Shown here piece by piece: positions 59,992-64,000 of a stretch of 64,000 nt of DNA. The translations under genes and the position numbers were made by a program. Numbering within the stretch: position 1 is the stretch's first letter; every line of letters begins with the position of its first letter. Under the pieces are notes generated by a model that was not told where the DNA came from, did not search any database, and saw nothing but the letters and a program-made list of their open reading frames with translations. The DNA is from Candidatus Oxydemutatoraceae bacterium (GTDB lineage: Bacteria > Pseudomonadota > Gammaproteobacteria > Poriferisulfidales > Oxydemutatoraceae), in contig OZ244779.1 of the NCBI GenBank assembly GCA_965219575.1, positions 1,772,769-1,836,768 on the forward strand, given 5' to 3'.

Positions 59992-62823
59992 ATGAGAAAG
60001 CAACTGAAAATAACAATCTCGGCACTATGTTTAGTCATTTTTACAATAGCAGAAACCAATGCTTTTATGATGACAAACTCTTATCCATCTAGCAAAACAT
60101 TAGCTGCGCAGTCGGTAAATAATACCGGAATGAATACCTACGAGGCTATAATGCTTCAACAGGTACAGCAAAATTTCAATCCTGTAGGGATTTGGCAACT
60201 TACAGCAGCCGAAGCTACAGGATTTCAATGTTCCGTTGATGTTGATATCGATATTAATGATCTTCTTGACTTTTCTCAAGTAAACACAGAGCTTGATGCT
60301 GTGGTGACATCTAATAGATTAAGTATTGTAAATAGACAAACATCAGCAGTATATACGGAAATCCGCAGACATCCGCCCAATCGATATATACTCGAAAACA
60401 GGGGAAGCTTCTCTCAATTTGTGAATGGCCTCTTAGTTCGAGTGGTAGGAAGGGATGCAGTAGACCTTACTCTTATCTCTGATGAGGAAGTAGTAGGAAC
60501 AGGTGTTGTAACCGCAACCGTAACTGCAGAAGCGATAAACTTTGAAGTTCGTTGCTCTGCTACTTACACGATAGCGGCAAAAAAAATTAGTTCCCCCCGT
60601 TTATCTAAGCTTTCTTTATCTACGGGAACACTGCATCCGAACTTTGACGGCACAGTCTTTAGGTATTTTGCAGCCGTTCCCAATAATACTCGACAAATTA
60701 CGCTGAGATTGAATGCCGAGGAGAGTAACAACACGATCACCGTCAACGGCAATCGGATAACCGGAACTGCAACTATTCCCCTAGGTTCTAATACCGATAC
60801 GATTACCGTAGGTATACGGACGGCAGACGGTAATAGAACAAATACTTACATCGTTGATATCATACGGCTTGCACAACGAAATTTTAATCCCGTAGGAACT
60901 TGGGAAACCACTGCGAGAGAAAATATAAACCTTCAATGTCCCTTGCTTCCCAATTTAAGTTTAAGCCGTGACGATTTTGACCCGATAGGCAGAGAGTACG
61001 ATATAGTCATGACATCGGGCGGGTTAAACCTCATAGATAGAGTGGATTCGGAAACGTCTACCGAAATTGGCAGAAATATACCGAATCGTTATAGCTTGCA
61101 ATACATTGAGAGAGAGTCTATATCCGAACAAGGTGTCACATTGACAATAGAAGGAACGAGCACTCTAGATTTTATCCTGATCTCCGATGAGGAAGCGATA
61201 GTTGCGGTTGTCAGGGACATAAAAGTGACGAGCCTCGAAAATATTCCCTGCCTTACATCGTATACGGTAAGCGCAAAAAAAGCCGCAATATCTACTGCTA
61301 TCCTAAAAGATATTTCATTATCGGCAAGCACGCTTAACTCAATCTTCACCGGCTTAGTCAGGAATTATTCTGCAACCGTTGACAGTGGTGTCGGCCAACT
61401 TGGGATAACGATTGAAACTTCCCATATAAATCAATCGGTCACGATAAACGGTACCACACTATCCAGAGGCTTAAATCGTAGTCAATTGATAAGTAGTACG
61501 GTACCGCTAAGCGTGGGTAACAATACGATCGTTATAGGAGTGACATCGGCGGACGGCATATTGACATCAAGCTACACTTTGCAAGTTATCCGTCGAAGCC
61601 CTGCTTTGATCGGATTGTCTTTATCTCCCGGAACGCTCAACCCCGGCTTTAGTAGAGAGAGATTAAGATATGCAGCAACCGTAGAGAGTGATATAGAACG
61701 AATTACACTAACTCCTACAGCCGATAGTGCCGGACATAGGGTCATCATTACCGCCAACGGAAGATCTATAAACGGAAATTCAGTTCCTTTGAATGTAGGA
61801 GACAATACCATAGCTATCTCGGTCACTACGCGAGACAGTCAAGCAACGACAAGATACACCTTAACTGTAAGGCGATTAGAACCCTGCTTGACCGACCTCT
61901 TCTTATCATCGGGATCACTCAGCCCAACCTTCGGTAATCCCAGTCAATGCAGTAATGCAGCGATACGATATGCGGCAACCGTAGAGAGTGATATAGAACG
62001 AATCACATTAACCCCTACAGCCAATAGTGCCACACATACAATCGCCATTACTGCCAACGGAAATTCTATAACCGGAAATACAGTTCCTCTGAATGTGGGA
62101 GACAATACTATAGCTATTTCAGTCACTACGCGAGACAGTCGAGCAACGACAAGATATGTCGTAACTGTAAGGCGATTAGAGCCCTGCTTGACCGACCTCT
62201 CTCTATCGTCGGGATCACTCAGCCCGACCTTCATAACATGCTCGGATGAAACGGTAAATTACCGAGCAATCGTGAGAAACAATGTAAGCCAAATTGAAAT
62301 AACGGCTACGGCAAATAGTATCGCACATACGATTACTTTCAACAGTAATCAAAATAGTACGGTACCGCTAAGCGTAGGCGACAATACGATTACCGTATCG
62401 GTAACAACGGCAGACGGTATGGCTAGAAAAGATTACAACTTAGTTATAAGACGTTTAAGTACGGCAACTTTAACCGGACTAACAGTGGAAGTAAATTCGC
62501 AAATGCTAGAACTAAACCCTAACTTCAGCCTTATCAACTTAGACTACAGAATAAATGTAGAAAATACTATGACCCTTGTTACTATACAACCTACGGCCTC
62601 GGCCGGTCGCATCATCAGGGTACGCTATACACCGGACGATGGCACCGCAATTGACCGTCTCGTCTCGAGTGGCGATACGGTTACCATAACGCCATTGTTC
62701 TATGGTAAGAATAATGTCTACATCGATGTTATGCACAACGGTGCTATGGAGAGATATTCACTAGCCGTGATTATAGGTGTTATTCTGCGTATAAAATTAT
62801 TTTTAGAAGGTGCCTTGCAATAA
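59992..62823 (+). CDS. Secreted protein with six cadherin-like beta-sandwich repeats, two NFNPVGxW domains and C-terminal KLFLEGALQ tag
   Basis: Signal peptide; LSLSxGxLxPxF..Y.A.V and VPLxVGxNTIxIxVT repeats; two Cys-containing NFNPVG(I/T)W...LISDEE...YTxxAKK domains. Confidence 0.85.
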   Translation: MRKQLKITISALCLVIFTIAETNAFMMTNSYPSSKTLAAQSVNNTGMNTYEAIMLQQVQQNFNPVGIWQLTAAEATGFQCSVDVDIDINDLLDFSQVNTELDAVVTSNRLSIVNRQTSAVYTEIRRHPPNRYILENRGSFSQFVNGLLVRVVGRDAVDLTLISDEEVVGTGVVTATVTAEAINFEVRCSATYTIAAKKISSPRLSKLSLSTGTLHPNFDGTVFRYFAAVPNNTRQITLRLNAEESNNTITVNGNRITGTATIPLGSNTDTITVGIRTADGNRTNTYIVDIIRLAQRNFNPVGTWETTARENINLQCPLLPNLSLSRDDFDPIGREYDIVMTSGGLNLIDRVDSETSTEIGRNIPNRYSLQYIERESISEQGVTLTIEGTSTLDFILISDEEAIVAVVRDIKVTSLENIPCLTSYTVSAKKAAISTAILKDISLSASTLNSIFTGLVRNYSATVDSGVGQLGITIETSHINQSVTINGTTLSRGLNRSQLISSTVPLSVGNNTIVIGVTSADGILTSSYTLQVIRRSPALIGLSLSPGTLNPGFSRERLRYAATVESDIERITLTPTADSAGHRVIITANGRSINGNSVPLNVGDNTIAISVTTRDSQATTRYTLTVRRLEPCLTDLFLSSGSLSPTFGNPSQCSNAAIRYAATVESDIERITLTPTANSATHTIAITANGNSITGNTVPLNVGDNTIAISVTTRDSRATTRYVVTVRRLEPCLTDLSLSSGSLSPTFITCSDETVNYRAIVRNNVSQIEITATANSIAHTITFNSNQNSTVPLSVGDNTITVSVTTADGMARKDYNLVIRRLSTATLTGLTVEVNSQMLELNPNFSLINLDYRINVENTMTLVTIQPTASAGRIIRVRYTPDDGTAIDRLVSSGDTVTITPLFYGKNNVYIDVMHNGAMERYSLAVIIGVILRIKLFLEGALQ

Positions 62824-62934
62824 TTCGGGTTGACACTTTTCACGATCAGCACAAACATATGAACAGTTTTCCTTAACAATATCCAAATATAGAATCAGAT
62901 TGCATATTTGTCCAAAATCGGATAGGATAAAAGT

Positions 62935-64000
62935 ATGAAGTATATTCCTCGAATCCTCTTAAAATCCCTTAAATCAATGTCTAAACAGTACCCTGTTGTA
63001 GCTGTGCTAGGTCCCAGACAGTCCGGAAAAACAACAATAACCCAAAAAGCCTTTCCTTCAAAACATTATATTTCTTTAGAGGACTTAGACAACAGACAGT
63101 TTGCGCAACAAGATCCTAGAGGTTTCTTGGATAGCTATAAAAAAGGAGCTATTATTGATGAAGCCCAAAGATGCCCCGATTTGCTCTCCTATATTCAAAC
63201 ACATGTTGATCAAAACAAAAAAAAAGGACAATTTATTATCACCGGCTCTAATCAATTCTTACTAGAAGAAAAAATCACTCAATCTCTAGCCGGACGGGTT
63301 TCCTTATTAAGGCTTCTTCCCTTATCCCTTCAGGAGCTAAAACAAGCTAAAAAAACAACTCCCTTAAACAAAATGATTTTTAAGGGATTTTACCCTCAAC
63401 TCCATGTAGAAAATATTGAAATCGGTTCATTTTTTAATAATTACATAGAAACCTATGTAAGCAAGGATGTCCGCTTGATAAAAAATATAAGCAATTTATC
63501 TTCGTTTAACACTTTTATTAAACTATGCGCTAACCGAGCCGGACAACTGCTTAACTTGCAGTCTTTAGCAAACGACTGTGGCATCACCCAAAATACGGTC
63601 AAGTCATGGATTTCTATTCTAGAGAGTAGCTTTATCTTAAAAAGAATATACCCCTATTATAAAAACTTTAATAAAAGGCTCGTAAAATCTCCAAAGATAT
63701 ACTTTTATGACACCGGTTTGCTTTGCCGATTATTATCTGTCAAAAAAGCGCAGGATCTAGCTTTTCATGCTCTAAAAGGTTTTATTTTTGAAAACTTGAT
63801 TTTCTCGGAGATAGAAAAATATTTTTTTAATCAAGGACAGAAAGCTCCACTTTATTTTTGGAGAGATAAAACAGGTCATGAAATTGATTTTTTAATTGAC
63901 AGTGACCATTTAAAGATAATAGAGGTTAAATCCGCTCAAACTTTTTCAACGGATTTCTTAAAGAACATCACTTATTTTTCTAAAATCAATCCAACTAAAA
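62935..64000 (+). CDS. AAA_14 ATPase with DUF4143 domain (runs off the window end)
   Basis: Manual translation MKYIPR..GPRQSGKTT, IIDEAQ, TGS, SLAGR, KRLVKSPKIYFYDTGL, EIDF..IEVK; not in the ORF track. Confidence 0.9.
   Translation, partial: MKYIPRILLKSLKSMSKQYPVVAVLGPRQSGKTTITQKAFPSKHYISLEDLDNRQFAQQDPRGFLDSYKKGAIIDEAQRCPDLLSYIQTHVDQNKKKGQFIITGSNQFLLEEKITQSLAGRVSLLRLLPLSLQELKQAKKTTPLNKMIFKGFYPQLHVENIEIGSFFNNYIETYVSKDVRLIKNISNLSSFNTFIKLCANRAGQLLNLQSLANDCGITQNTVKSWISILESSFILKRIYPYYKNFNKRLVKSPKIYFYDTGLLCRLLSVKKAQDLAFHALKGFIFENLIFSEIEKYFFNQGQKAPLYFWRDKTGHEIDFLIDSDHLKIIEVKSAQTFSTDFLKNITYFSKINPTK

Noticed and set aside
63217-63225. Poly-A tract as a frameshift in the AAA ATPase
   Set aside because: The reading frame stays open through it (NKKKGQF) and the gene is AT-rich throughout

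Overview
Bacterial genomic DNA, most likely a gammaproteobacterium, judged from the gene orders lptD-surA-pdxA, rimP-nusA-infB-rbfA-truB and nnr-tsaE-amiB plus gltA. The load of giant repeat proteins and orphan genes suggests a host-associated lifestyle (inference). Housekeeping blocks flank a ~27 kb accessory region (13.7-41.1 kb). It holds two paralogous orphans with an SptP-like N-terminus, two giant secreted GLUG-repeat/Ig-like proteins and a secreted double-FGE-domain metallopeptidase-like protein. One giant gene (4032 aa when reconstructed) is split by a 753-bp IS1595/IS1016-type element with an 8-bp TSD. The most striking signal is a 12-residue tag, [ILV]R[VAI]K[VL]FLEG[PA]L[QM]. It ends three secreted proteins and sits just after the signal peptide of a fourth. 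In two cases it lies on a duplicated 147-bp DNA block that also contains a conserved 29-codon Cys-rich ORF and a hairpin. Intergenic regions are filled with a ~300-bp MITE/REPIN-like family carrying GTAG-type REP hairpins, some with a second palindrome nested in the loop. Also present: an fhcBADC C1 operon, a NavRh-type channel, an alphaCTD/sigma4/wHTH protein, an orphan DNA methyltransferase and a partial AAA_14/DUF4143 ATPase. No rRNA, tRNA, CRISPR array or reverse transcriptase was seen. All family assignments come from motif recognition by eye, not from database searches.
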